DNA from: Thermodesulfobacteriota bacterium
GTDB lineage: Bacteria; Desulfobacterota; Desulfobulbia; Desulfobulbales; SURF-16
Direction: 5' to 3'
NCBI GenBank assembly: GCA_039715015.1
Contig: JBDLIE010000052.1
Coordinates: 1 to 18,358 of the forward strand
DNA length: 18,358 nucleotides
This document shows positions 1 to 9,214 of this stretch, one piece after another. The stretch's first letter is position 1. Each line of letters starts with the position of its first letter. The notes beneath the pieces are model-generated. The model was not told where the DNA came from and ran no database searches. It worked only from the letters and a program-made list of their open reading frames with translations. The position numbers and the translations under genes were made by a program.

Positions 1-89
1 TGTGGCCTTTTTTCCCTGATACGGCTTGAGTTAACAATGATCACAGGTCTGCTTGCCGACAAGCAGAGGAGCATGGCGAAGATGAATTT

Positions 90-633
90 GCTTACCCCCA
101 CCATGCCCAACTGAAAGGCGCCGGGCAGACCATGCTGGTTAATGCGGCGGGCTACTGGTTAGTAGCGCCAGGTGAGAATGATGAGTGGGGATTGATGGTT
201 GCGGATTGTAAGGAGAAGACTTTTGCCAAGAGGCAGCCCCTAGAATGGCAACGCATAACTTCTAGCGATCGCGGTCATCTGCCAACTGCAATATGCATTC
301 TTGGTGATGTGGATCATTTTAAAAAGGTCAACGATGACCACGGCCATGATGCCGGTGATTTTGTACTAAAAAAGATTGCCGTTGGGGTGGAGAGGAATTT
401 ATGGTCCTTGCCAGCGGCAATGCTCGGGCTGACGGCGAAAAAGTAGCGCAAAAGCCTGTGGACGGCCGTGGAGGAGGAGGTTATGGGGCTTCAAAGAACC
501 ACAGCTTACCGTCACTATGAATTTTGGGCTTTGCTGCTATCGCCAAAAAAATGGTCATGGCAGATTTTTTGAGATGCAGCAATGAGATGCCCTATACCTC
601 CAAGAGCAGTGGCCGGAATAGAGTGAGCGCAGA
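90..633 (+). pseudogene. Degraded sensor diguanylate cyclase (Cache-like fragment plus GGDEF domain), internally deleted and frameshifted; boundaries approximate
   Basis: GGDEF-domain motifs occur in the correct order but in different frames: GDVDHFKKVNDDHGHDAGDFVLKKIA (ORF 132..446), RWGGEEF at 380..400 in another frame that stops at 518..520, LTVTMNFGL at ~505..530 in a third frame, and YTSKSSGRNRV at ~593..625. Upstream MLVNAAGYWL...DEWG resembles a periplasmic Cache segment. Confidence 0.85.
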
Positions 634-637
634 GAGA

Positions 638-1864
638 CTATGGTCTTTTTTCAGCAAAGTCTGCCATGGCTGCAAGCAGAATGTCGATATCATTTGGCTC
701 ATGGCCTGCAGAGACCTGGAGGCGTATTTCGTCAGCGCCGCGAGGAACCACCGGGTAGCTAAGCGGCGTTACCAGAATGCCCTTGCTGAAGAGAAATTCG
801 CTTAGCTTTTTATTGGTTTGAGTGTCGCCTGTGACCACCGGCACAATGGGATGGTCGCTGGTGATAATCTGGTAATCAAGATTCATGAGACCCTTCTCAA
901 GATGTTTTGTCAGGGACCGTAACTTTTCCAGGCGTTTCGTACCTTCACTGCTGTCAACAATCTGGACGCTTTTATGGGCCGCCGCCGCTTCAGCCGGGCT
1001 GATGGGGTTTGAGTAAATGTAACAGGCCGCTGTCTCCCGGAGATATCTTATGATGGTTTCTTCCCCTGTCAGGTAGCCGCCGTTGACGCCAAAAGCCTTA
1101 CCCAGGGTGCCAATGAGCAGGTCTGCCTGTGCGCCACAATACTCTTCTGTGCCTCTGCCTGTTTTGCCAAAAACAGCGACGCCGTGTGAATCGTCAATGA
1201 TGGTCAGGATTCCTTCCTGAAATTCAGGGGCGTATTTCCTGCAAATACCGGAGATCTCGGCCAAAGGGGTGTGGTCACCGCGCATGCTGAAGATGCCATC
1301 ACTGACAACCAATACACGCTGCGCTTTACCGAAGCACTCTTTGATCTTAGAGGTCAGATCAGCCATGTCCAGGTGGCTGTACACCTTTTTTGCTGCTGGT
1401 TTGGCAAGACGCAGGGCATTGATAATAGAGTTATGGTTCAGCTCATCGCTGATTACCGCTGTTTCCGGGCTGATTAAAGGGGCCAGGGCACCAAGAACTG
1501 CGGCATAGGCACTGTTGAAGATCATGGCCGTCGGACGGTTGTGGAAACGCCCTAAGGCATCTTCTAAGTCGATGTGGGGGCGTGTTGTGCCGCTGATAAA
1601 GCGGACTGCCCCAGGGCCAACGCCATAGGCATGGGCCGCCTCCTCCGCTGCCGCAAGAAGCTCGGGGTGATTGGCCAGGCCAAGATAGGAATTGCTGTTC
1701 ATCCGTAAAAAAAGAGTATTGCCGTGGCCCTTGATACATACCCGGGGGCCATATCCGCCGCAGCCAGCTACAATTTTCTCTATAACCTTTTCATCTCCCT
1801 TTAAAATCCCCTGTTTGCAGCGATTTTCGAGATCTGCTTCAAGGGCCTGGAAAAAGCTATTCAT
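638..1864 (-). CDS. kbl: 2-amino-3-ketobutyrate CoA ligase (glycine C-acetyltransferase), AONS/class II aminotransferase family
   Basis: 408 aa with motifs SNSYLGL, GAVRFISGT, SDELNHNSII, SDGIFSMRG, DDSHG and the PLP lysine in GTLGKAFG. Overlaps the upstream threonine dehydrogenase by 8 nt. Confidence 0.85.
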   Translation of the reverse strand: MNSFFQALEADLENRCKQGILKGDEKVIEKIVAGCGGYGPRVCIKGHGNTLFLRMNSNSYLGLANHPELLAAAEEAAHAYGVGPGAVRFISGTTRPHIDLEDALGRFHNRPTAMIFNSAYAAVLGALAPLISPETAVISDELNHNSIINALRLAKPAAKKVYSHLDMADLTSKIKECFGKAQRVLVVSDGIFSMRGDHTPLAEISGICRKYAPEFQEGILTIIDDSHGVAVFGKTGRGTEEYCGAQADLLIGTLGKAFGVNGGYLTGEETIIRYLRETAACYIYSNPISPAEAAAAHKSVQIVDSSEGTKRLEKLRSLTKHLEKGLMNLDYQIITSDHPIVPVVTGDTQTNKKLSEFLFSKGILVTPLSYPVVPRGADEIRLQVSAGHEPNDIDILLAAMADFAEKRP

Positions 1865-2831
1865 CTCTTCCTCCTGGTTTGTTCATGGCCTTGGCAAGGT
1901 TGGCCAGCATATCTGCCACCATCTCATCCAGGCTAAAGCGTGGCCGCCATCCCCATTCCCGGCGGGCCACCGAATCGTCCATGGAGTGGGGCCAGCTATC
2001 GGCAATGGCCTGGCGGACGGGGTCTATTGTATTGTAGTCAATTGTGAAGCCAGGGATGTGGCGGCGGATAGCAGCGGCAAGCTCATCAGGGGTAAAATTC
2101 ATGGCCGTGATGTTATAGCCGTTGCGGTGGAGAAGGGTGCTGCTGTCAGCTTCCATGAGTGTGATGGCAGCGCGGATGGCATCGGGCATATACATCATGT
2201 CAAGTCGGCTGTCTGCTTTCAGGAAACAGCGGTATGTTTCGCCGCCTAGAGCGGCATGGAAGATCTCCACCGCATAATCAGTGGTGCCGCCCCCTGGCTT
2301 GGTGATATGGGAGATAAGCCCGGGGAAGCGCACCCCGCGGCTATCAACGCCAAAGCGCTGATGATAATAATTACAGAGCAGTTCACCGCTGAGTTTGGTG
2401 ATGCCGTAAATGGTTGTTGGTTGCTGCAGGGTGTCCTGGGGGGTGTGGTCCCGGGGGGTGGTGGGGCCAAAGGCGCCGATGGAGCTTGGGAAAAAGAGAG
2501 CACAGCCATGCTGACGCGCCACCTCAAGGACATTGGTGAGCCCAGCCATGTTAATCTGCCAAGCCAGCTGGGGATGGCCTTCAGCCACGGCAGAGAGCAG
2601 GGAGGCGAGATGGTAAATGGTGTCTATTTTGTGGCTGCTAACCACCTCGGCCAGGGCATCCTGGTCGGTGACATCAAGATAGACAAAAGGCCCTGATTCT
2701 TTGATGGCCTGCGAGGGTGGGTGTTTGCGGCCCGAGGCCACCACCTCCTCAGCTCTGTATCTGGCGCGCAGGGCCAGAGTGAGCTCTGAGCCGATCTGGC
2801 CGGTGGCGCCGGTGATGAGAATATGTTTCAT
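1857..2831 (-). CDS. tdh: L-threonine 3-dehydrogenase, extended-SDR (NAD-dependent epimerase/dehydratase) type
   Basis: TGATGQIG Rossmann motif, HLASLLSA, PSSIGAFGP, YGITK (YxxxK), PGGGTTDYAV, MMYMPD and RQAIADSWP are typical of SDR-type TDH. Start moved to ATG 2831 (MKHIL), preceded by an AAGGAG RBS. Coupled to kbl. Confidence 0.88.
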   Translation of the reverse strand: MKHILITGATGQIGSELTLALRARYRAEEVVASGRKHPPSQAIKESGPFVYLDVTDQDALAEVVSSHKIDTIYHLASLLSAVAEGHPQLAWQINMAGLTNVLEVARQHGCALFFPSSIGAFGPTTPRDHTPQDTLQQPTTIYGITKLSGELLCNYYHQRFGVDSRGVRFPGLISHITKPGGGTTDYAVEIFHAALGGETYRCFLKADSRLDMMYMPDAIRAAITLMEADSSTLLHRNGYNITAMNFTPDELAAAIRRHIPGFTIDYNTIDPVRQAIADSWPHSMDDSVARREWGWRPRFSLDEMVADMLANLAKAMNKPGGRDE

Positions 2832-2852
2832 GGAGTTCTCCTTCTCACTTAA

Positions 2853-2882
2853 AGTATGCCCGGCCAGGATAGAGGCTGTCAA
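2853..2882 (-). promoter_or_regulatory. Candidate sigma70 promoter for tdh-kbl
   Basis: Minus strand TTGACA-N18-CATACT, just upstream of the RBS and ATG at 2831. Confidence 0.5.
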
Positions 2883-2965
2883 ATGCCTGGCGATGCCATG
2901 CGAGGTAAATGGAGAGCACGTTCACAAAAAAGAAGGATTGCTGATGAACTATGTCAATGCTAAGT

Positions 2966-2974
2966 TGCTATAAT
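2966..2974 (+). promoter_or_regulatory. Candidate extended -10 promoter for the acyltransferase
   Basis: TGcTATAAT about 135 nt upstream of ATG 3108 in an AT-rich intergenic region; no clear -35. Confidence 0.4.
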
Positions 2975-3107
2975 TATGTAAGAGTAGGTCTGAGGGATTA
3001 TTAAGCTTTTGTCAAAGCGCAGTCTGTTTTCTTTCATCTTCCTCCCTACTAAAGAGACAAGTTTTCGCTTCATTCATTAAGACAAAAACAAACCAGCATT
3101 GATTTAT

Positions 3108-4064
3108 ATGAAATTTAAACATCTGGTTGAGTATGGCCTTATGCGGACTGTACTCTTCCCTTTCACGTTTTTACCTGTATCCATTGTTGATCTTTGTTCC
3201 TCTGCCCTGGGCTGGATCATCTGGGTTATCTGTCCGTTCCGGATCAATGTTGTCTACTCTAATTTGGCGACGATTTTCCCCGATATGGTTCGCAGTAAGA
3301 AACTTAAGCTGACCAGAGAGGTTTTTCTGGAGGCCGGGCGGACGGCCGGCAGGGTCTTTATCCTTCACCGTAAACCTTTGGCCAGACTCATTGAAGAGGC
3401 AGATGTGCGAGGTCTGGATGTCCTTGACCGTGCCCTGGCAAAGGGCAAGGGTGTCATTTTAACCACCAGCCATGGCAACTGGCTTGAGGCCTATCTCGCC
3501 TGGTTTAACCGCCTTCAGCGACCCAGCACTCTTATTTACCAGCAACAAAAGAATCCACTGGCGGACGCCTTTTTCCGCAGACAACGGCAAAGGCATGGCA
3601 ATTTCCTTGAGCACCTGCAGAGTAAAGCCGGGATGGAGCGATTTGAGCAGGCATTGGCAGAAAAAAGAGTCCTGATTGTCTGTATTGACCAGAGTTACAA
3701 GAGAAGAGGTGTTGAGGTTCCTTTTTTTAACAGGCCGTTCAAATGCGCCAAGGGTACCTCTGTACTCCATATGCGGACAGGGGCTCCTGTCCTCACCAGC
3801 TTTTATTACATGGAAAAGGGCAGGCTCTGCATTGAATTCGACGAGGTCAAGGTGCCCGCCTTTGCCCAGATTGATGAGAAATCCATCACCGATATTTCGG
3901 CAACAGTTCTTCGCTGGTATGAGCCATACGTCAAGAAATACCCGGAGCAATGGTTTGGTCTTTTCCATCGCCTCTGGTCCAAGTCCGGTTATCCAGCCAA
4001 GGTTCCCAGAACTGCTAAAGAGATTTTTTCTTCTGAAAAATCTTCCCCACTTCCTCCAGAGTAG
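3108..4064 (+). CDS. Lipid A late acyltransferase / lysophospholipid acyltransferase, LpxL(HtrB)/MsbB family
   Basis: N-terminal membrane anchor, NLATIFPD, ALAKGKGVILTTSHGNWLE (H-x4-E), IDQ, VPFFN, YPEQWF..HRLW. ATG 3108 preferred over TTG 3099. Confidence 0.85.
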   Translation: MKFKHLVEYGLMRTVLFPFTFLPVSIVDLCSSALGWIIWVICPFRINVVYSNLATIFPDMVRSKKLKLTREVFLEAGRTAGRVFILHRKPLARLIEEADVRGLDVLDRALAKGKGVILTTSHGNWLEAYLAWFNRLQRPSTLIYQQQKNPLADAFFRRQRQRHGNFLEHLQSKAGMERFEQALAEKRVLIVCIDQSYKRRGVEVPFFNRPFKCAKGTSVLHMRTGAPVLTSFYYMEKGRLCIEFDEVKVPAFAQIDEKSITDISATVLRWYEPYVKKYPEQWFGLFHRLWSKSGYPAKVPRTAKEIFSSEKSSPLPPE

Positions 4065-4153
4065 AAAAAGCAGAAACCAGCCGCCACCAATACCGTTAAT
4101 TTTCCGGCCTTTGAAATCCACAATCCTGACCCGGTTTAAGGAGGTAACCCCAG

Positions 4154-4182
4154 AAAAGGGGGGGGAGATCCTGCCCCCCCTT
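4154..4182 (-). terminator. Rho-independent terminator after the MCP, possibly bidirectional
   Basis: Minus strand AAGGGGGGG-caggatct-CCCCCCCCTTTT, located between convergent genes. Confidence 0.65.
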
Positions 4183-4213
4183 ATGCTTCCGGTTACTCTG
4201 GTGATTTTTACGG

Positions 4214-6202
4214 CTAGAAGTCTTCAAACTCCTCATCGTCAAAGGGAATGGTCTCCTCTGCCTTGGTCTTGGGGAGGGGCCGGGGCGCTGGTCCTGGTGC
4301 TGTTTTTGGTGCCGGTGGCGGGGCCAGGGCCTTATGGCTGGTCAGCGGGGCAGGATGGAAGGCCATCTCGGGTGCCTGCCGGTCTGCCGCTAAGGACTGA
4401 CTCGTTGTCTGCGAGCCGGTGAGAATGTCATTGACCGTGGCCACGATACCCTCCAGCAGTTGGGCCTGCATTTCCAACTCCTCGGAAGAGGCGGCCGACT
4501 CTTCGGCCGAGGCAGCGTTGGTCTGGGTGACGGATTCCATCTCCGAGATGGTGAGACGGATCTGCTCGACCCCCTGGGCCTGTTCAGTGGAGGCGGTTGA
4601 GATCTCACTGACCAGGGAGTTTACCTTGCTGTTGGATTCGGCAACCTCATTGAAGGTCTCGTTGGAACTCTCAGCAATGGCTTCTCCCTTCTTCACCTTG
4701 GAGATGGTGTCTTCAATAAGGCCGGCCGTGTTTTTGGCCGCCTCTGTGGCGCGCATGGCCAGATTACGGACCTCGTCGGCCACCACGGCAAAACCGGCAC
4801 CCGCCTCACCGGCCCGGGCCGCCTCAACGGCAGCGTTTAAGGCCAGTAGGTTGGTCTGAAAGGCAATCTCATCAATGGTCTTGATGATCTTCGAGGTCTC
4901 CTCGCTGGCCTTGGAGATATCACCCATGGAGGAAATAAGTTCGGACATGGACTCTTTGGCCCGCTCGGTAATCTGGGTGGTTTCCGTCATCAGGTTATTG
5001 GCTTGCAGGGAGTTGTCGGCATTGGCCTTGATCATGGCCGATGTCTCCTCCATGGAGGAGGATGTCTCCTCCAGGGCAGCGGCCTGCTCCGAGGCGCCGC
5101 TGGCCACGGACTGGCTGGAGCTGTTGATCTCACCGGAGGCCCGGGCCACGTTGTTGCTTGTGCCCTCCAGCTGATCAATGACGCCATAGAGGCGTTTGAC
5201 TATGGAAGAGCTCGACAGGTAGAGAAAGAGACAGACGACAACCAGTAAAATAGCGCCGCCGATCATCAGGCCCCAGGTTATCTTGCTGATCAGGGCCAGT
5301 TCCTCACTGGCATCACGAACAAAGACCAGGGCGCCCTTGGTGCTTCCGGAAAAATCCTTGATGGGCAGGCCGGTGATCAGGCGGCCCTCATGTTCGATAA
5401 AGGTCTTTTTCTTCAGGGATTTTTTTAACAGGTCCTCCATGATAAAGGAGTCAGTGGCCTCTTTGTCGGAAGAAAAGACCCGGACCACATCGCCGGTCTG
5501 AGGAAGCTTCTTTTCCTTGAGCTTGCGGGCGATCTCAAGCTCTTTGGCCAGCATATAGACCGCGACATTGTCGGTCTCCAGGAAGCGGGCCGTCTCAAAT
5601 ATCTTGTTGAAATCCAGGAGGGCCTCCACCGAGCCGATATGGCTGCCGCTGGCGTTTGCGATGGGCACCAGGCCGCGGATGGCAAAGCCGCCCCGGCCGA
5701 TCTCAATGCCGGTAATAGGCTTTTTGGCCTGGTTGACCTTGAGCACCGTATCGCGGAAGCTGGCCAGGTCATCACCGCCATCCTTCTTGCCGGGAGCGCG
5801 CCAGATGCGCAGGAAGCTCTTGGCAGGCGGCAGGTGGAAGTGGACCTTGAACTGTTTGATCCCCAGGGCGGAACTGACGCTGGCGTGGATGGCCGCCATG
5901 CTTGTGCGGAGCAGGGCACGGCCTTCGCTCTCTCTGTTGTCAGCGGCCAGCTGATAGGCCTCCTGGACGCCAGGAGTTGCGGCCGCCATGGCCGCCAGGG
6001 CAAGGGACTGTCTCTCAACACTGGCCAGGCTCTTGGAGGCCAAACCGGCCTGGCTCAAGGAGAGCTCCTCTACCTTGCCCTGCCAGAGATGATTTTTGAC
6101 CCAGAGGGAGACGCCAATGAGGAAAAAGGTGGATAAGAACATCAGGGTCAAGGGGATAACCATTACTTTGATACGTAGAGAGAGTTTCATTTTTTTCTCC
6201 AT
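4214..6202 (-). CDS. Methyl-accepting chemotaxis protein with a dCache-type periplasmic domain and C-terminal pentapeptide
   Basis: Two TM segments; dCache_3-like [14 protein letters not shown]...[11 protein letters not shown]...GIEIGRGG; signalling hairpin [37 protein letters not shown]; Pro/Ala linker ending in EFEDF. Confidence 0.95.
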   Translation of the reverse strand: MEKKMKLSLRIKVMVIPLTLMFLSTFFLIGVSLWVKNHLWQGKVEELSLSQAGLASKSLASVERQSLALAAMAAATPGVQEAYQLAADNRESEGRALLRTSMAAIHASVSSALGIKQFKVHFHLPPAKSFLRIWRAPGKKDGGDDLASFRDTVLKVNQAKKPITGIEIGRGGFAIRGLVPIANASGSHIGSVEALLDFNKIFETARFLETDNVAVYMLAKELEIARKLKEKKLPQTGDVVRVFSSDKEATDSFIMEDLLKKSLKKKTFIEHEGRLITGLPIKDFSGSTKGALVFVRDASEELALISKITWGLMIGGAILLVVVCLFLYLSSSSIVKRLYGVIDQLEGTSNNVARASGEINSSSQSVASGASEQAAALEETSSSMEETSAMIKANADNSLQANNLMTETTQITERAKESMSELISSMGDISKASEETSKIIKTIDEIAFQTNLLALNAAVEAARAGEAGAGFAVVADEVRNLAMRATEAAKNTAGLIEDTISKVKKGEAIAESSNETFNEVAESNSKVNSLVSEISTASTEQAQGVEQIRLTISEMESVTQTNAASAEESAASSEELEMQAQLLEGIVATVNDILTGSQTTSQSLAADRQAPEMAFHPAPLTSHKALAPPPAPKTAPGPAPRPLPKTKAEETIPFDDEEFEDF

Positions 6203-6298
6203 TATTTTTAAAACTTGTGCCCCAAGTAGGAGGAAGTATTTTTTTAGTTTGATGAGCTGTTGTTTAGTATAGCATAGCTGGTCCTGCAGATGTCCAGC

Positions 6299-6787
6299 CT
6301 AAGCGTGTTTGTCTAATTCTGTCAGCTCCTCACCTGACAGGGCCTTGTCGATCTCCAGAAGGATCTTGACCTCACCGTCAACCTTGGCCATGCCCAGGAT
6401 GTATCTGGTGTCAATGTCAGCGGAAAAGCTGGGGGGCGGCTCCACCTGCTCCTCCTTGATGTTGGCCACCTCGGAGACGCCGTCAACAATAATGCCGATG
6501 GTGCTGGCCCTTTGGTCATCCCTCGCCACCTCAATGACGATAATGCAGGTCCTGTCCGTATGCTCCGCGGAGGGCATGCCGAATTTCTGGCGCAGATCAA
6601 CAATGGGGATGATGTGATCGCGCAGGTTGATGACCCCTTTCATGAATGAGGGCATCTGCGGCATCTCGGTAATTTTCATCATGCCGATGATCTCTTTGAC
6701 CTTAAGTATTTGCAGGCCATATGATTCACCGGCAAGCATGAAGGTCAGGTATTTGCCGCCGCTCGTTGTCTCTGTAGTTGCTTCCAT
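6299..6787 (-). CDS. cheW: Chemotaxis coupling protein CheW
   Basis: KYLTFML..ESYGLQILKVKEIIG, GVINLR..IIPIVDLR, GIIVDGVSEV, VEPPP; GGAG RBS upstream. Confidence 0.97.
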   Translation of the reverse strand: MEATTETTSGGKYLTFMLAGESYGLQILKVKEIIGMMKITEMPQMPSFMKGVINLRDHIIPIVDLRQKFGMPSAEHTDRTCIIVIEVARDDQRASTIGIIVDGVSEVANIKEEQVEPPPSFSADIDTRYILGMAKVDGEVKILLEIDKALSGEELTELDKHA

Positions 6788-6861
6788 AAGATGTACTCCC
6801 TAATCTTGACGTTAACGCAATGTGTTGGTCGTCCGTTGTTCGCCTGGCCGGGTCCGGTTTG

Positions 6862-8409
6862 TTATTGCTCCAACAGAATGGCCGTTGTCTCTGGCCTGGC
6901 CATGCCAGGAACAGGGGAAGAGGCTGTGGGCCCTTGGCCCTGTGCCTGGGCGCCATGCATCAAAACAGCCAGGTCATGGACCACAGCCTTCAGGGCCGCT
7001 GCCTGGGCGTGGAGCTCTTCGGCGCCGGCAGCACTCTCCTCGGCACTGGAGGCATTCTGCTGGGTGACCTGATCGACATTGGTAATGGCCTGGTTGATCT
7101 GGCCGATGCCTTGGGCCTGTTCTGTGGAGGCGGTTGCGATTTCACCAATGAGCTGACTTGTTTTGCTGGAGTTGCTGTCCACCTCAACAAAGGACGCACT
7201 GGTGGAGTTCACCAGCTCATTGCTCTGTTTTACCTTGCTGACCGTACGTTCGATAAGGTCCGAGGTGTCGTGGGCCGCCTCAGCAGCACGCATGGCCAGG
7301 TTGCGGACCTCGTCGGCCACCACGGCGAAACCAGCACCCGCCTCACCGGCCCGGGCCGCCTCAACTGCGGCATTTAAGGCCAGCAGATTGGTCTGAAAGG
7401 CGATCTCATCAATGGTCTTGATGATCTTAAAGGTCTCCTCGCTGGCTGAGCTGACCTCGGTCATGGAGGTGGTGAGCTCGTTCATGGAGGAGCTGGCCTG
7501 GCCGACCAGGTGGATGGTTTGGCTCATCAGGTCGTTGGCCTGCTCGGCATTGCCCTCGTTTTGTCTGGTCATGGAGGTCATTTCCTCCAGGGAGGAGGAG
7601 GTCTCTTCAATGGCTGCCGCCTGCTGGCTGGCCCCGCTGGAGAGCTGTTGGCTGGTGGCGGCTATCTGGTTGGAGGCAGTTGCCAACTGCTCACTGCCCT
7701 GCTCAAGGTTATCAATGATGGAGTTAATGGGGCCGGTGATGGTGCGGATCTGCCAAAAGGCGATAGCCATGGCCCCCAATATGGAGATGAGCGTACCCCA
7801 GAGGGCCGCCGTATTGGCCCGGCTGATGGCGGCATGGGCATCGGCCTCATCGGCCAGGAGGATTTTCTTGGCGATCTCCTCCACGCCGCCGAGGTTGTCA
7901 AGGACCTGGACGCCGATCTCATCGGCCTCATGATCAAGCCTGTTAAGGCGGGCCTGGTCAATGGCCGAACCGGCCAGACGCCAGGCGACAATCTCGTAAA
8001 TTTCTTTGATCTTGGGGGTGAACTCCTTATTGTGGTGCTCATCAGCCTCTATGACGATTTGGCGAAGATGCTCATCCTGGGCGGCATAGATGGTGCCTTC
8101 CTCGCTCCCAGCGCCATTAAGAATGGCCCCGGCAAAATTGTCAAAGGCGCTGACCGCGGCCAGGTGCTCTTGCCACCTGCTGTCAAGGTCAGCTTTACTG
8201 GTTGCGGCCAGCATCTCCATGAGGATCTGCATGTCCATGGTGACAGCGAGCTTCATCTCCATGGCTGCGTCCACCAGGGGAGAGACCTGGGCAATCTCCT
8301 CCACATCATGATCGACCATGCGGATATTGTAAAAACTTGAAAAAAGCACCAGCATCGGTACCAACACTACCAAGGTAAAACCTAGGGACAATCTCTGCTT
8401 CAAATTCAT
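6862..8409 (-). CDS. Methyl-accepting chemotaxis protein with a helical-bundle-type periplasmic domain
   Basis: Two TM segments flanking a ~165 aa apparently helical domain; conserved MCP signalling hairpin; GGAG RBS. Confidence 0.95.
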   Translation of the reverse strand: MNLKQRLSLGFTLVVLVPMLVLFSSFYNIRMVDHDVEEIAQVSPLVDAAMEMKLAVTMDMQILMEMLAATSKADLDSRWQEHLAAVSAFDNFAGAILNGAGSEEGTIYAAQDEHLRQIVIEADEHHNKEFTPKIKEIYEIVAWRLAGSAIDQARLNRLDHEADEIGVQVLDNLGGVEEIAKKILLADEADAHAAISRANTAALWGTLISILGAMAIAFWQIRTITGPINSIIDNLEQGSEQLATASNQIAATSQQLSSGASQQAAAIEETSSSLEEMTSMTRQNEGNAEQANDLMSQTIHLVGQASSSMNELTTSMTEVSSASEETFKIIKTIDEIAFQTNLLALNAAVEAARAGEAGAGFAVVADEVRNLAMRAAEAAHDTSDLIERTVSKVKQSNELVNSTSASFVEVDSNSSKTSQLIGEIATASTEQAQGIGQINQAITNVDQVTQQNASSAEESAAGAEELHAQAAALKAVVHDLAVLMHGAQAQGQGPTASSPVPGMARPETTAILLEQ

Positions 8410-8476
8410 ACGTTTTCTCCCGTGACTTTGTGCATACTTTGTAACAACTGTGGATTCAGTTTTATACTCTGTGCCG

Positions 8477-8863
8477 TTACAGCCTGTTCGTGGGCGGGCT
8501 GCGCATCATTTTAGCCAACACCGCCTTTACCTTGCTGAAGTCGTTGTTCTGGCTGATATCAACAAAACGAGGGCGTAATTGGTGGCCTAGGGCCACAAGC
8601 TCCGGATTGGTGTCGGGCAGGACCAGGATGAGGCGGATATCTTCAAAGAGCTCTTGCTCCGCCAGGAAACCATTAAGCTCTCCCCCTGTCCCCAGGAGGA
8701 GAATAACGATGTCTTGGCTGCGGACATTGGTGCGGAGTTGGTCAATCATCTGAGCCACCGTCTCACAGCAGTGAAATTGACCTGGGCTGACCATGCCCCC
8801 TATCAACTCTTCCGCGCTGCCGTGGCTCTCAGACCTCGTATCTCTGTAAAAAAACAGCTTCAT
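8477..8863 (-). CDS. Hypothetical protein, likely an atypical aspartate-less receiver (CheY-like) fold
   Basis: 128 aa with a GGAGG RBS; alternating beta/alpha pattern ([30 protein letters not shown]). First gene after the sigma54 promoter. Fold call is inferred. Confidence 0.7.
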   Translation of the reverse strand: MKLFFYRDTRSESHGSAEELIGGMVSPGQFHCCETVAQMIDQLRTNVRSQDIVILLLGTGGELNGFLAEQELFEDIRLILVLPDTNPELVALGHQLRPRFVDISQNNDFSKVKAVLAKMMRSPPTNRL

Positions 8864-8936
8864 TTTTTCTGCTGCCTCCCTGGGGCTGATTTATATTACC
8901 CATGGCACATTGTCGCATTGCCCATGTTTTTACTAT

Positions 8937-8952
8937 GGCAACAAACATGCCG
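8937..8952 (-). promoter_or_regulatory. Sigma54 (-24/-12) promoter
   Basis: Minus strand CGGCATGTTTGTTGCC gives GG-N10-GC with GGCA and TTGC cores, about 75 nt upstream of ATG 8863 and next to a sigma54 activator gene. Confidence 0.75.
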
Positions 8953-9049
8953 CAGAATGGTGTTGGGGCAAAATAGGCGAAAGACCCGGTCAGAAGAGGG
9001 GTGGCGGGGTGAGGCTCTTTTTTGCCAGGTCCCCAAAGGCGCTGTTGGC

Positions 9050-9110
9050 TGTACCGGATATGTTGCAGTGCAACAAAAAGGTGACAGGGGGGTGTCGCAG
9101 GGATGATACA
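9050..9110. promoter_or_regulatory. Three tandem 18-bp imperfect palindromes, candidate enhancer (UAS) for the NtrC-family activator
   Basis: TGTACCggatatGTTGCA (9050-9067), TGCAACaaaaagGTGACA (9069-9086) and TGTCGCagggatGATACA (9093-9110), all TGY-N12-RCA, 100-160 bp upstream of the -24 element. Confidence 0.65.
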
Positions 9111-9214
9111 GCTGAAGGAAGGGAGGTGTAAGGCTTATCTCTCAGAAAGAGGCACGGGCAAGGAGACCGGTCCCGCTCTATGGTGTAGCTAGGGCGACCC
9201 TGGCCCTTGGTGGT

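Noticed and set aside
638..1864. Assignment as bioF (8-amino-7-oxononanoate synthase)
   Set aside because: No biotin genes nearby; coupling to threonine dehydrogenase and the VRFISGT motif favour kbl.
6266..6274. Internal extended -10 (TGcTATACT, minus strand) before the dCache MCP
   Set aside because: The nearest -35-like hexamer (TGGACA) is 19 nt away and support is too weak to call, though an internal promoter is not excluded.
4752..7446. Near-identical ~160-bp DNA stretches at ~4752-4909 and ~7289-7446
   Set aside because: They encode the universally conserved MCP hairpin tip and differ mostly at synonymous sites, so this is ordinary paralogy, not a repeat element.
3459..8340. Long alternative-frame and antisense ORFs (e.g. 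3459..4121, 3676..4422, 5425..6021, 7510..8340)
   Set aside because: They overlap well-supported genes, show no recognisable motifs, and are expected shadows in GC-rich coding DNA.
8903..8916. Plus-strand TGGCACATTGTCGC as a sigma54 promoter
   Set aside because: GG-to-GC spacing is 9 rather than the required 10, and there is no plus-strand gene downstream.
9156..9207. GC-rich imperfect inverted repeat after the regulator stop, possible REP or terminator
   Set aside because: The arms pair poorly, there is no U-tract, and no second copy was seen in the window.
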